Below are positions 19,161 to 31,034 of a stretch of 64,000 nucleotides of DNA, one piece after another. The DNA is from Candidatus Eiseniibacteriota bacterium (lineage in GTDB: Bacteria; Eisenbacteria; RBG-16-71-46): positions 3,776,001 through 3,840,000 of the forward strand of contig OY970342.1 of assembly GCA_963717505.1 (NCBI GenBank). Direction: 5' to 3'. Each line of letters opens with the position of its first letter. Positions within the stretch are counted from its first letter, which is position 1. Position numbers and translations under genes: made by a program. Below the pieces are notes generated by a model. The model saw only the letters and a program-made list of their open reading frames with translations. It had not been told where the DNA came from and did no database searches.

Positions 19161-20498
19161 ATGCCCCGAACGCGACGTACTGCCCCTCGTGTTTCCCATA
19201 GTGATCGCCTGATCGGTCGGATTGATCGCCGAAGCGCAAGGCTCGGCGTCATTGGACTCGGCTATGTTGGGTTGCCGCTGGCTGTTGAGATGGCCCAGGC
19301 CGGATTCCACGTCACCGGCATCGACATCGATGAGCATCGGGTCCGCGAGCTGCAAAAGGGGCGCTCCTACATCCAGGACGTGCCCACCGCCCAGGTTCGG
19401 AAGCTGGTCAAGGCCGGGCTCCTGACCGCGACCACCGATTTCGGGGTCATCCGGCGGCTGGACACGGTCAACATCTGCGTGCCGACCCCGCTGTCCAAGC
19501 AGCGCGACCCCGACGTGTCCTACATCGTCTCGGCGGCAGGGCAGGTCTCCCGCCACTTCCATCCCGGGATCCTGGTGATCCTCGAGAGCACGACCTACCC
19601 GGGAACGACCGACGAGCTGCTGCTGCCCCTGTTCAGCAAGGGCGGCCTCAAGGTTGGTAAGGACTTCTTCCTCGCCTTCTCGCCCGAGCGCGTCGATCCC
19701 GGCAACCCCCAGTTCAACACCCGGAACATCCCCAAGGTGGTGGGCGGGGTGACCGCCGAGTGCACCCGGGTCGCGGTTCGGCTCTACCGGCAGCGGCTCG
19801 AAACCGTGGTCCCGGTGTCCTCGACCCAGGTGGCCGAGATGGTCAAATTGCTCGAGAACACGTTCCGCAGCGTCAACATCGCGCTGGTGAACGAGCTGGC
19901 GCTGATGTGCAAACGCCTGGGGATCGACGTGTGGGAGGTCATCCGCGCGGCCGGCACCAAGCCGTTCGGCTTCATGCCGTTCTATCCCGGGCCCGGACTC
20001 GGCGGCCACTGCATTCCGATCGATCCGTTCTACCTGTCGTGGAAGGCGCGCGCCTCTGGCTTCGAGGCGCGCTTCATCGAGCTGGCGGGCTACATCAACG
20101 GCCAGATGCCGGAGTACGTGGTCAATCTGGTGGCTGAGGCCCTGAACCACCGTGGGCGCGCGGTGCGCGGCTCGCGGGTTCTGGTGCTCGGCGTCGCCTA
20201 CAAGGCCGACATCGACGACACCCGCGAGAGCCCGTCCCTCGACATCATGGAAACGCTGCGCGAACGGGGTGCCAGGATCGATTACAGCGATCCCTACGTG
20301 CCAACCCTCGAGTTCGCCGGCGCCCGATTGAAGAGCGTGCCGCTGAGCCCCGCGAGCCTGCGGCGCTACGACTGCGTGGTCATCGCGACCGCCCACCGGT
20401 CGTTTCCCTACGGAACCATCGCCCGTTCCTCGCGCGCGATCGTCGACACCCGGAACGCGATGGCCGGTCGGCTCTCGACCAAGATCACCCGGCTCTAG
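19161..20498 (+). CDS. Nucleotide sugar dehydrogenase (UDP-GlcNAc/GalNAc 6-dehydrogenase, WbpA-like)
   Basis: GLGYVGLP, CVPTP, ESTTYPGTT, FSPERVDPGN, KLLENTFR, GGHCIPID, DTRESP. Confidence 0.93.
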   Translation: MPRTRRTAPRVSHSDRLIGRIDRRSARLGVIGLGYVGLPLAVEMAQAGFHVTGIDIDEHRVRELQKGRSYIQDVPTAQVRKLVKAGLLTATTDFGVIRRLDTVNICVPTPLSKQRDPDVSYIVSAAGQVSRHFHPGILVILESTTYPGTTDELLLPLFSKGGLKVGKDFFLAFSPERVDPGNPQFNTRNIPKVVGGVTAECTRVAVRLYRQRLETVVPVSSTQVAEMVKLLENTFRSVNIALVNELALMCKRLGIDVWEVIRAAGTKPFGFMPFYPGPGLGGHCIPIDPFYLSWKARASGFEARFIELAGYINGQMPEYVVNLVAEALNHRGRAVRGSRVLVLGVAYKADIDDTRESPSLDIMETLRERGARIDYSDPYVPTLEFAGARLKSVPLSPASLRRYDCVVIATAHRSFPYGTIARSSRAIVDTRNAMAGRLSTKITRL

Positions 20499-22006
20499 GT
20501 CGGGCGCGGGCCGCGCGCGACACGCGACGCCCAGCCCACCGCTCCGAAGCCCGCCATCAGCAGCGCCAGGAACGGCAGCGCGCGGTCGTGTCCCGATCGC
20601 AAGGCCTGAACCGCAAGGGCCAACGCGTAGCCCGCCATCAACCACTCGGCCCACCCTGCACGTCGCGACGCGATTCGCTCCGGGCTCGGGGCCGGCCCCA
20701 CCAGGACGTCCCCGGTCTTGGGCGTCCGCTCGAACCCGGACCTGCCGCGACTGAACGCGCGCAGCACCGCGCGTGCGTTGTTCGCCGACAGACCGACGCC
20801 GAGAATCAGGGCTGCGGCCACGCCGCGCGCGATGGCGCCGGGACGCCGGAAGCCGGCCGCGACCTGGCCGGCGGCGAGGAACAGCAGGACCGGCAGGACC
20901 CCGAACGCCAGGATGCCGGCGTGGAGCCAGGCTCCAAGCACGGATGCGCGGGGCGCTATCGCGTTCATCAGAGGCAGCATCAGCGCCACCAGGACCAGCA
21001 GCAGCGGATAACTCAGGTTGCTGGTCAGGTGGAACACCGACTCGATCTTGGCGCGCAGGGGCCATCCGCTGCGCCACAGGCTCGGCAGGATCTTGAGCGC
21101 GGTCTGGATCGAACCCTGCGTCCAGCGACGCTGCTGCACCTTCAGGGCTTCCATGTCCCCCGGCAGCTCCGCCCGGCACTCGACATCGCCGATGTACGCG
21201 AAGCGCCAGCCGCGGATCTGCGCCCGGTAGCTCAGATCGAGATCCTCGGTCAGCGTCTCGGCCGACCAGCCGCCGGAATCCTCGATGCAGCTTCGCCGCC
21301 AGATGCCCGCGGTGCCGTTGAAGTTGAAGAACAGGCCGGAGCGTGCGCGCGCCTCGTGCTCCAGCAGGAAGTGGGCGTCGAGCATCACCGCCTGAGCTTC
21401 GGTGAGTGACGAGCGCGAGCGGTTCAGGTGTCCCCAGCGCGCCTGCACCATTCCGATCGACGGATCCGCAAGGGACGGCACCAGCCGGCGCAGGAATTCA
21501 CGGGGCGGGACGAAGTCGGCATCGAATACCGCGGTCAGGCTGCCCCGAGCCTCCAGGAGACCGGCAGCCAGTGCTCCGGCCTTGAAACCGGCTCGCTCGC
21601 GCCGGCGCAGGATCACGATGTCGAGGCCCCGCTGCCGATGGTGGGCCACGGCCTCGTCGACCCGTTCCGAGGTCAGGTCGGTCGAATCGTCGAGCACCTG
21701 GATCTCGAGCCGGTCCCGCGGATAGTCGAGTGCTGCCACCGCGTCGATCAACCGCCGCGCGACCGCCGGCTCGTTGTAGAGCGGAAGTTGGACGGTGACC
21801 ACCGGCCAGGGCTCGGCGTCGAGGTTCGTGGCGGTGGAGGCGGGTGGGCGCTGACCGCGGCCGCGCGCCCAACGCCACAGCGTCAGGTAGCGGTGTGAGG
21901 AATAAATGAGGAGCAGGATCTGCGCGAGCGCGTAGCACGCGAGCACCGCGATCGCGAAAAATCCGGTCGCGGGCGAGGCTACGGCGAGGCCTGGGCCGGG
22001 TAACAT
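20495..22006 (-). CDS. Processive GT2 glycosyltransferase (cellulose-synthase-like / mannan synthase type)
   Basis: QLPLYNE, DDSTD, KAGAL, FDADF, TEDLDLSYR, QQRRW; C-terminal TMs and FERTPK. Confidence 0.9.
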   Translation of the reverse strand: MLPGPGLAVASPATGFFAIAVLACYALAQILLLIYSSHRYLTLWRWARGRGQRPPASTATNLDAEPWPVVTVQLPLYNEPAVARRLIDAVAALDYPRDRLEIQVLDDSTDLTSERVDEAVAHHRQRGLDIVILRRRERAGFKAGALAAGLLEARGSLTAVFDADFVPPREFLRRLVPSLADPSIGMVQARWGHLNRSRSSLTEAQAVMLDAHFLLEHEARARSGLFFNFNGTAGIWRRSCIEDSGGWSAETLTEDLDLSYRAQIRGWRFAYIGDVECRAELPGDMEALKVQQRRWTQGSIQTALKILPSLWRSGWPLRAKIESVFHLTSNLSYPLLLVLVALMLPLMNAIAPRASVLGAWLHAGILAFGVLPVLLFLAAGQVAAGFRRPGAIARGVAAALILGVGLSANNARAVLRAFSRGRSGFERTPKTGDVLVGPAPSPERIASRRAGWAEWLMAGYALALAVQALRSGHDRALPFLALLMAGFGAVGWASRVARGPRPT

Positions 22007-22205
22007 CCCGACACCATACGGCCGAGCCCCCGGTCGGTGACAACAGCGCCGTGGGCAGGGCGGGCGCAGGGGATGACCGACGGCAAGTCGGAGGCGCGCG
22101 CAGCCAGGGATGGCGGAGCGCGCCGAGGCCTTAGCGAAGCGGAGCAGGATGCGGAGCACAGCGTGCCGTCGGTCGTCCCCTGCGCCCGCCCTGTCGTCAA
22201 CGGCC

Positions 22206-24180
<1,975 letters not shown>

Positions 24181-24187
24181 TTACGAA

Positions 24188-24631
24188 CTACGCGACTTTG
24201 ACTTCGATCTCGCGACGCCGGGCCTCCTCGGCCTTGGGCACGCGGACCTCGAGCACCCCATCACGATAGCTGGCCTGCACCTGATCCGCGCGCACCGGCG
24301 TGCCGAGCACGAATGCGCGCTCGAACGCTCCATACACTCGCTCGGTTCGGCGGAAGCCACCCTCCTGCTTGGCCGTCGACTTCTGGCGCTCGCCGCGAAT
24401 CGTGAGCCGGTCCGCGATCACGGTGACCTTGACGTCCTTCGGGTCGAGCCCCGGCAGGTCGGCACGAACTACGAATTCCTCAGCGTTCTCCTCGACGTCG
24501 ACCGGCGGCGCGAACGTCGCCAGGTCGGTCCGGTACGGAATGCGATCGAAGAACTGGTCGAACAGGCGATCCATCGGGTCCTGAACGCCGGCGATTTCCC
24601 GCTGCGGACTCCAGCGAATGAGCGACATCAT
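24188..24631 (-). CDS. Hsp20/alpha-crystallin small heat-shock protein
   Basis: [42 protein letters not shown]; SD GGAGG. Confidence 0.93.
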   Translation of the reverse strand: MMSLIRWSPQREIAGVQDPMDRLFDQFFDRIPYRTDLATFAPPVDVEENAEEFVVRADLPGLDPKDVKVTVIADRLTIRGERQKSTAKQEGGFRRTERVYGAFERAFVLGTPVRADQVQASYRDGVLEVRVPKAEEARRREIEVKVA

Positions 24632-24690
24632 CCTACCTCCTCGGACTTGATCGTGTGCATGCGCGGCCTCTCGTCTGCGGGATGAGACAC

Positions 24691-24706
24691 TGCACCCGGC
24701 GTGCCA
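24691..24706 (-). promoter_or_regulatory. Sigma54 (-24/-12) promoter upstream of hsp20-dnaK
   Basis: Minus strand TGGCACGCCGGGTGCA: GG-N10-GC with a perfect TGGCACG -24 box, 60 nt upstream of the hsp20 start. Confidence 0.65.
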
Positions 24707-24897
24707 CGGCAAACGGAGCGCCAAAGCGCCATGAATGTTGAGGTTGACGCCCGCCGGACCGTTCCGCTTAGCGCGCGACTCGTGACGGCCGTTTCACCTC
24801 GAACCACGATCGGTTCAACACGAAACAACGCGGCGACGCGATGTGAAACGATTGCGCGTCGCCCGGGTGGGCGAACATCTGCTAGGGTTCGCGACCC

Positions 24898-25920
24898 ATG
24901 CGGATCAGCGCGTTCCTGCCGCACCTCGGCGTCTTTGGCGGCGTGCGGCGCTACCTCGAGCTGGGCAATGCCTGGATCGCCCAGGGACACGAGGTCACGT
25001 TGTTCCATCCCCAGGGCTCGCCCCCGGCGTGGCTGAGGTTCCAGGGCGCGACCGCGCCTCTGTCGTCGGCCCAGCGCGTCTCGGCTGACGCCGCGTTCTG
25101 CGGCGACCCGCACACGTTCTCGGCGTTCCGGAAGCATCCGGCTTCGATCCACATCTACTATTGTGTCCTGGAGCGAGACCCCGGGCTGCCGGGCGCCCTG
25201 GCCGACCCGGGCGTTCATCTGGCCGCCAACTCGAGCGTGCTGCGCCAGCAGATCGCACGCCGCGCTCGCCGTCCGGTGCTCGACGGCATCGGGGGGATCG
25301 ACACCGCGCGCTTTCGTCCGCCGGTCGGCGCGCGGCCCGAGGCGCTGTTTCGGGTGCTGGTCAACGGGCGCAGATCCCGCCCCAAGAAGGGCACCGACCT
25401 GGTGCTGGCCGCGCTCCGCTCTCTCGAACACCGGTTCGCGTTCGAAACCGTCCTGTTCGACAGCCTGGACCCGCTCAGGCCCGAGGATCCGCGATCGGGG
25501 GCTCAGGTCCCCCGGCGCACCCGCTGGGTCATCGATCCGAGCCAGGACGAGTTGCTCGCGCTCTATCAGACGTCGCACATCTTCGTCGCCGCCGAGCGCA
25601 AGGCCGGCTGGTGCAACACCGCGCTCGAGGCCATGGCCTGTGGCGCTGCCGTGGTGTGCACGCGCAGCGGCACCACCGACTTCGCGCGCCACGGCGAAAC
25701 CGCACTCCTCTCCTGGCGCCACCCCTGGTTCCTGCGACGCGCGATCGCCCGGCTGATTCGCGACCGCGACCTGCGCGAACGCTTGAGTCGCGCGGGCCCC
25801 AAGGCCGCGGCCCCGTGGTCATGGAATCTGCTCGCAGCTCGACTGGCTACCCAGATCGAATCCCTGCGCGCCGGGTCCGAGGCTGCCCCTCCTCCGACGG
25901 TCAGAGACGCGGCAGGGTGA
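24898..25920 (+). CDS. GT4 family glycosyltransferase
   Basis: [15 protein letters not shown][15 protein letters not shown]; TGC-TAGGGT 9 nt upstream. Confidence 0.88.
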   Translation: MRISAFLPHLGVFGGVRRYLELGNAWIAQGHEVTLFHPQGSPPAWLRFQGATAPLSSAQRVSADAAFCGDPHTFSAFRKHPASIHIYYCVLERDPGLPGALADPGVHLAANSSVLRQQIARRARRPVLDGIGGIDTARFRPPVGARPEALFRVLVNGRRSRPKKGTDLVLAALRSLEHRFAFETVLFDSLDPLRPEDPRSGAQVPRRTRWVIDPSQDELLALYQTSHIFVAAERKAGWCNTALEAMACGAAVVCTRSGTTDFARHGETALLSWRHPWFLRRAIARLIRDRDLRERLSRAGPKAAAPWSWNLLAARLATQIESLRAGSEAAPPPTVRDAAG

Positions 25921-26455
25921 TGCCCTGCTGGGCCTGGTACTTGCCGGCCTTGTCGCGGTACGAGACCTCGCAAGGTTCGTCGCTTTCGAAGAACAACACC
26001 TGGGCGATGCCCTCATTGGCATAGACCTTGGCTGGCAGCGGCGTGGTGTTGCTGATCTCCAGCGTGACGTAGCCTTCCCATTCGGGCTCGAACGGGGTGA
26101 CGTTGGTGATGATCCCGCAGCGCGCATAGGTCGACTTCCCGACGCACGCGCACAAAACGTTTCGTGGCACCCGGAAGTACTCGACCGTGCGCCCGAGGGC
26201 GAACGAGTTCGGCGGGATGATCGCCACCGGTCCTTTGAAGTCGACCATCGATCCCGGATCCATCCCCTTGGGATCGACGATGGTCGAGTTGACGTTGGTG
26301 AAGATCTTGAATTCGTCCGCGATGCGGATGTCGTAGCCGTACGACGAGACCCCGTAGGAAATGACCCCCTCGCGGACCTGCTTCTCGACGAACGGTTCGA
26401 TCATGCGGTGCTCGATACACATCTTGCGAATCCAGCGGTCGGCTTTGATCGACAT
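25901..26455 (-). CDS. dcd: dCTP deaminase
   Basis: [41 protein letters not shown]. Confidence 0.97.
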   Translation of the reverse strand: MSIKADRWIRKMCIEHRMIEPFVEKQVREGVISYGVSSYGYDIRIADEFKIFTNVNSTIVDPKGMDPGSMVDFKGPVAIIPPNSFALGRTVEYFRVPRNVLCACVGKSTYARCGIITNVTPFEPEWEGYVTLEISNTTPLPAKVYANEGIAQVLFFESDEPCEVSYRDKAGKYQAQQGITLPRL

Positions 26456-26468
26456 GAGTTCTCCCGAA

Positions 26469-26999
26469 TCAGGTTGAGAAACGCCCCAGCAGTCTCAGCG
26501 CGTGACCGAGCTCCGGAAGCAGCAACGTGCGAATGCCCAGCGCGATCGCATCCGGCGCGCCGGGAAGCAGAACCACCAGACGCCCGTGCGCGACTCCGGC
26601 CAGCGCCCGCGACAGCCACGCGGCCTCGCCGATCTGTTGCACCGAGCGCGCCCGGAATCGTTCTCCGAATCCCGGCAGCTCGCGCTCGAGCACCGGACGG
26701 ACCGCCTCGGGAGACACATCGCGCGGCGCAAGCCCGGTGCCGCCGGTCAGCACCACGAGGTCGATGGCGGGATCGCGCAGCGCCGCGCGCAGCGCCGCGC
26801 GGATTCCGGGCACCCGGTCGTGCGACCACGCGCGCCGGCGGACCGAGTGGCCGCCTCGGGTCAACAGCCGCACCAGCAGGTCGCCCCCCGGGTCGGATCC
26901 CGGACCGCGGGTATCGCTGCACGTGATGACCGCGCAACCCGCCGGCCGCGGCGCTCGCCCGGCATGCGCCGCGCGGCGAATTCGACGTCGAGTCGTCAC
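26469..26999 (-). CDS. moaB: MogA/MoaB family molybdopterin adenylyltransferase
   Basis: [38 protein letters not shown]. Confidence 0.88.
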   Translation of the reverse strand: MTTRRRIRRAAHAGRAPRPAGCAVITCSDTRGPGSDPGGDLLVRLLTRGGHSVRRRAWSHDRVPGIRAALRAALRDPAIDLVVLTGGTGLAPRDVSPEAVRPVLERELPGFGERFRARSVQQIGEAAWLSRALAGVAHGRLVVLLPGAPDAIALGIRTLLLPELGHALRLLGRFST

Positions 27000-27634
27000 G
27001 CGGCCGACTCCACCGCGTGCGCCACTCGGGACGCGACGACGTCGAATGCGCGCATCCAGATCTCGGGCTCGACCAGGGGTTGCTCGCGCAACACGGCCGG
27101 CTCGGGCTCCCAGTGGCCTGGGTCCGACCCCGCCGGCACATTCGATCGCGCCAGGTCCGCGAGCTCGCCGAGCGTCAGAATCTCCGGCCCGGCGATTTCG
27201 TACCATCCTGAGTCCGGCCCTGCGCCCGCAGCCACGCGACGCACCAGGGTCACGAAGTCGCGTTCGAGCACCGGCTGAAGTGGACGGCTGCCGAGTCGCC
27301 CGGGGCCCTCGCGCGCCAGTCGCAGCCACAAGGGAGAACTCCCGCCGACCAGGGGCGCCGAGCGCAACACCAGGGTCGGAAAGCCGGAAGCCCGACAGGC
27401 CTCTTCGATGCGCCACGATCGGCGCAGCACCGGAGAGCGGGCGTCGGGATGGGTGCCGATCCACCCGAAGACCAGCCAGCGAGCGGGGCGTGAATCAGTC
27501 CGGCGAATCCGTTCGAGAACTCGCTCGGCCTCCGGCTCATCGGCCGTTGGCTCGATCACTCCGATCCTCGAAGCGTCGAGCGCGCTCCGGGCTTCGGCCG
27601 CCGCCAACAGACGCGTCACCCACGTTCCGCTCAC
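26996..27634 (-). CDS. Atypical SDR / NAD(P)-binding-fold-like protein lacking the N-terminal dinucleotide-binding motif
   Basis: SGFPTLVLR, LQPVLERD, YEIAGPEILTLGELA resemble the C-terminal part of atypical SDRs; GTGA overlaps at both ends. Confidence 0.55.
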   Translation of the reverse strand: MSGTWVTRLLAAAEARSALDASRIGVIEPTADEPEAERVLERIRRTDSRPARWLVFGWIGTHPDARSPVLRRSWRIEEACRASGFPTLVLRSAPLVGGSSPLWLRLAREGPGRLGSRPLQPVLERDFVTLVRRVAAGAGPDSGWYEIAGPEILTLGELADLARSNVPAGSDPGHWEPEPAVLREQPLVEPEIWMRAFDVVASRVAHAVESAA

Positions 27635-28689
27635 TCGGCCCCCACGTCCGCCAGCGTCCGATCGAGCTGACGCCGGTGCGATGCATCGTGTTCGCTCCAG
27701 CCGCGCACCATGTTCGCGAGTGTCAGCGGCCCACGGAGGCTGTGGAACGCGAGACGATCCCATTCGCGAGGCCCTGCGGGCTCGAGCCTGGCCACCAGCC
27801 GGCGACGCAGCCCGGTCCACGCCTCGAGTGCGGCTCCCGGTTCGAGCGCCGCGTACGAGGACACGCGCTCGTCGCGCGTCAGATCGACGTCGGCGATGGC
27901 GGGCTCGTGCTCGGTCTCGAGGCGCTCGACCCGCGGTATGTAGACGTCGCGGTCGGCATCGCGCAGGTGGGCGAGGATTTCGAGCGCCGACCAGCGCGTC
28001 GGTTCCGGTCGACGCCGCAATGCGTCCGGCGTCACGTCGCGAATTCGGGCGGCAGCCACGATGGGCGCATCCGCGAGAGCCTGGATCCGCACCCGCCATT
28101 CGCTGTGGGTCATCGGCGGTGATGCGGCGAAGGCGTGTCCGCGATCGTCCCCGACGAACGGATGCGGCCGGGAGAATCCGCGCCTGAGGTAGCTCTGCGC
28201 CAGCTCGGCGTAGTGGCGTGCACCCTCGGCGATCGCGGCGCGATGGTGCTCGCGCACCGACCCGACGACGCGCGCCGGTGATCCGATCACGAGCGAGTCC
28301 GGGGGCGCCTGGAACCCTTCGGTGACCAGTGCGGCCGCCCCGACCAGCGAGCCGCGACCGATGCGCGCTCCGGACAGGACCACCGCGCCCATGCCGATCA
28401 GGCAGTCGTCCTCGATCACGCAACCGTGCACCAGGGCGCGATGTCCGACGGTGACCCGCGCGCCCAGGTCGGCCGGCAGCCCGGCGTCCTCGTGCACCAC
28501 CGACAGGTCCTGGATGTTCGTGTTCTCCCCGATCCGCACCGGTGCACTGTCGCCGCGAATGACCGAGTTGAACCAGACGCTGGCCCCGCGCCCGAGCGTC
28601 ACGTCGCCGACCACCACCGCACCGGGGGCGACGAACGCCGTCGGATCGAAGCGCAATCGCGCCGACCAGTTCGTGGTGTTTTCGCTCAT
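27631..28689 (-). CDS. Gamma-carbonic anhydrase (hexapeptide repeat) fused to a C-terminal DinB-family domain
   Basis: N-terminus IRGDS, TNIQD..VVH, VGHRALVHGC; C-terminus WSALEILAHLRD...EHDASHRRQL (DinB His triad); single ORF. Confidence 0.85.
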   Translation of the reverse strand: MSENTTNWSARLRFDPTAFVAPGAVVVGDVTLGRGASVWFNSVIRGDSAPVRIGENTNIQDLSVVHEDAGLPADLGARVTVGHRALVHGCVIEDDCLIGMGAVVLSGARIGRGSLVGAAALVTEGFQAPPDSLVIGSPARVVGSVREHHRAAIAEGARHYAELAQSYLRRGFSRPHPFVGDDRGHAFAASPPMTHSEWRVRIQALADAPIVAAARIRDVTPDALRRRPEPTRWSALEILAHLRDADRDVYIPRVERLETEHEPAIADVDLTRDERVSSYAALEPGAALEAWTGLRRRLVARLEPAGPREWDRLAFHSLRGPLTLANMVRGWSEHDASHRRQLDRTLADVGAE

Positions 28690-29330
28690 GCGAAGCGCGC
28701 CGACTCGCCCACGAAGGGATTGTGCAGCCGCTCGCGCCCGATCGTGGTCGCCGGACCGTGGCCGGTATGCACCCGAACCGAATCACCGAGCGGGAAGAGC
28801 CGGGTGCGAATCGAATGCTCGAGCGCCTCGAACGAGCCCCCCGGCAGGTCGGTGCGGCCGATCGAACCGGCGAACAGCGTGTCGCCGGCCCACAGCTCGC
28901 CGTTCCAGCGGAAACAGACGCCGCCGGGGGAGTGTCCGGGCGTGTGCAGAACCTCGAGCGATTCATCGCCGAGTGCGATCTGTTGCCGGTCCACCAGGTC
29001 GTGGATCGGGGACGGCGCCCCGGCCGGCGGAAAGCCGAACATCGCGCCCTGCTCGCTCAGGCGATCGAGCAGCGGCCGGTCGCCGGGGTGCAGCCAGTAC
29101 TCGCCGCCCAGGTCGTCCTGGACCTGCTTCATTCCCGCCGCATGGTCGTAGTGCGCGTGCGTGTTGAGCAGGAGCCGCACCTCGAGCCCCGCCTGGCGCA
29201 CGGCGCGGATCACGGCCTCGGGCTCGAACCCGACGTCGACGATCGCGGTCGCGCGGGTGCGCTCGCAGGTGATCAGGTACGTGTTGTTGTCGAGCGGGCC
29301 GAGGTGGAGCGTGTGGTGGATCAGGGGCAT
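28686..29330 (-). CDS. MBL-fold metallo-hydrolase (glyoxalase II-like, YcbL/GloC type)
   Basis: THAHYDH, HTPGHSPG, GDTLFAGSIGRTD, GHGPATTIGRE. Confidence 0.92.
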   Translation of the reverse strand: MPLIHHTLHLGPLDNNTYLITCERTRATAIVDVGFEPEAVIRAVRQAGLEVRLLLNTHAHYDHAAGMKQVQDDLGGEYWLHPGDRPLLDRLSEQGAMFGFPPAGAPSPIHDLVDRQQIALGDESLEVLHTPGHSPGGVCFRWNGELWAGDTLFAGSIGRTDLPGGSFEALEHSIRTRLFPLGDSVRVHTGHGPATTIGRERLHNPFVGESARFA

Positions 29331-29402
29331 TTCGAGGCACGCTACGCAGTGCGCGCGTGGTCCGTCAAGATCCGCGTCGCCCCGGCGAAACCGGGCCGCA
29401 GC

Positions 29403-31034
29403 TCAGAACGCCTGGCTCGATCCGAACGAGAAGACCGGTTCGCGGACGCCGTCGCGCGACGGCTCGATCGGCCACGCGATGTCGACGCGCAACACGTTGC
29501 CGATCGTCCAGCCTGGCGCGTTGAAACGCAGGCCGGTCCCGCCGTTCAAGAACCACTCCGAACCCCCGGAGCCGGCCCCCCACGCGCGCGCCGCGTCGGC
29601 AAAGGCCACCAGTCCGAGGCCCATGTATCCGCCGATTCGCTCGCCCAGCAGCAGGCGGTGCTCGGCGTTCAGGCGCCAGCCGCGCCGGCCGGTGACCGCC
29701 TGCACCGAATAGGCGCGCAGACCGTTCAAGCCGCCCCACACGATCTGGTAGTCGCGATCCATGTTGAGGCCGGCGATTCCGAGTGCCGCGACCACCAGCG
29801 TCTGCCGGGGCAAGGCCTGGCTGACCCAACGCGCCTCGGCTTCGAGCTGGGTCTCGACCGGACTGGTGCGCAGGCGGCTCGTGACCCGGCCTCGCGCCGT
29901 GGCATAGCCGCGCGGCAGGCGCTGGCCGCGGTCGAGCCGGATCGCGGCCCAGCCCTCCTCCTCGCCGCCGAACCAACCGGGCGCGTAGCCGCCTTCGAGT
30001 TCCAGCGACGTGCCCAGGTCGACGTCCTCGATCACCGCGATCTGATCCACGTTGCGGGGTTCGATGTAATTCGGCCGCCAGACGCGCAGCGCCGCCGAGC
30101 CGCGTCGCACTCGGCGACTCTCTTCACCGCCTTCGAATTCAGGAGGCAGCGGCGCGAACGCCACGGTCGGGCCCAGCCGCTTGTCCTGGAAGAACAGTCC
30201 GAGCCGGATCCGGCGGATCACGGAATCGCGCCAGCCCCCCGTCCCCCACCACAACTCGGCTTCCTCGAGCTTTTGATTGATGCGGGCGACTTCCGCGCCG
30301 CGCTCGTAGAGCACGACGTCCGAGGTGATTCTCCGCCACGCGGCGCCGTACGAGCGCGGCGTAGCGAGCGCGTAGTACGGCACGCCGAGCCAGAACGCGC
30401 TCGAAGCACCGCCCCGGCCGGTGCCGGCCTGGAGCTGGAGGCGGACCCGCGAGCCAAGCACCCCGGGGTCGGAGTAGAAGACCGACCGACTGACTCCGAC
30501 CGGATCGTGACGCCAGGCGACCGTGACGAACTTCCCGAAGCCCAGCAGGTTCTTCTCGCTGAACGCGATCGAGCCATAGCGCTTGCCGCCGGAGGTCTCG
30601 AAGTTGAATTCGGGCGAGGTCGTCCACAGGTCGCGGGTGACCACGCGGACGTCCACCGAGTCGCCGGCACGATGAGCCGAGACGTCGAGCGGGTCCAGGA
30701 AGCGCAGCGCTCGCAGATTGCGCGCCTGTTCACGGCCCCGTTCGGTGTTCCACGCGTCGCCCTCGCGGAACAGGAGCTGTTCGCGAATGGTGTGCACTCT
30801 CGTCTTGAAGTGAAGGCGGTTGGCGATGCTGTAGAAACCCGAGAGGCCCCCCTCGGGAACCGGCTCGAAGATGTTGAGCGGCTCGATGACCAGGCTCCGG
30901 ATCGGCAGGCCGTCGAGGCTGTCAGCCTCGGCCTTCGGCTGCGCGTGCGCCGGCCCGGCGCACGCGGCGATCACGACCGCAAGAAAGATCGCGGTGTGAG
31001 GGTCAGCGCCGCCGGGTCGAGCCCAGACGCTCAC
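29403..31034 (-). CDS. Omp85/BamA-TamA superfamily outer-membrane protein (POTRA-like domain plus beta-barrel)
   Basis: Signal peptide ending AHA; POTRA-like IREQLLFREGD..ARNLRALRF; EKNLLGFG; loop GLRAY; GTGLR; terminal Phe. Start uncertain. Confidence 0.78.
   Translation of the reverse strand: MSVWARPGGADPHTAIFLAVVIAACAGPAHAQPKAEADSLDGLPIRSLVIEPLNIFEPVPEGGLSGFYSIANRLHFKTRVHTIREQLLFREGDAWNTERGREQARNLRALRFLDPLDVSAHRAGDSVDVRVVTRDLWTTSPEFNFETSGGKRYGSIAFSEKNLLGFGKFVTVAWRHDPVGVSRSVFYSDPGVLGSRVRLQLQAGTGRGGASSAFWLGVPYYALATPRSYGAAWRRITSDVVLYERGAEVARINQKLEEAELWWGTGGWRDSVIRRIRLGLFFQDKRLGPTVAFAPLPPEFEGGEESRRVRRGSAALRVWRPNYIEPRNVDQIAVIEDVDLGTSLELEGGYAPGWFGGEEEGWAAIRLDRGQRLPRGYATARGRVTSRLRTSPVETQLEAEARWVSQALPRQTLVVAALGIAGLNMDRDYQIVWGGLNGLRAYSVQAVTGRRGWRLNAEHRLLLGERIGGYMGLGLVAFADAARAWGAGSGGSEWFLNGGTGLRFNAPGWTIGNVLRVDIAWPIEPSRDGVREPVFSFGSSQAF

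Noticed and set aside
24632-24897. CIRCE/HrcA operator upstream of hsp20-dnaK
   Set aside because: No TTAGCACTC-N9-GAGTGCTAA match found
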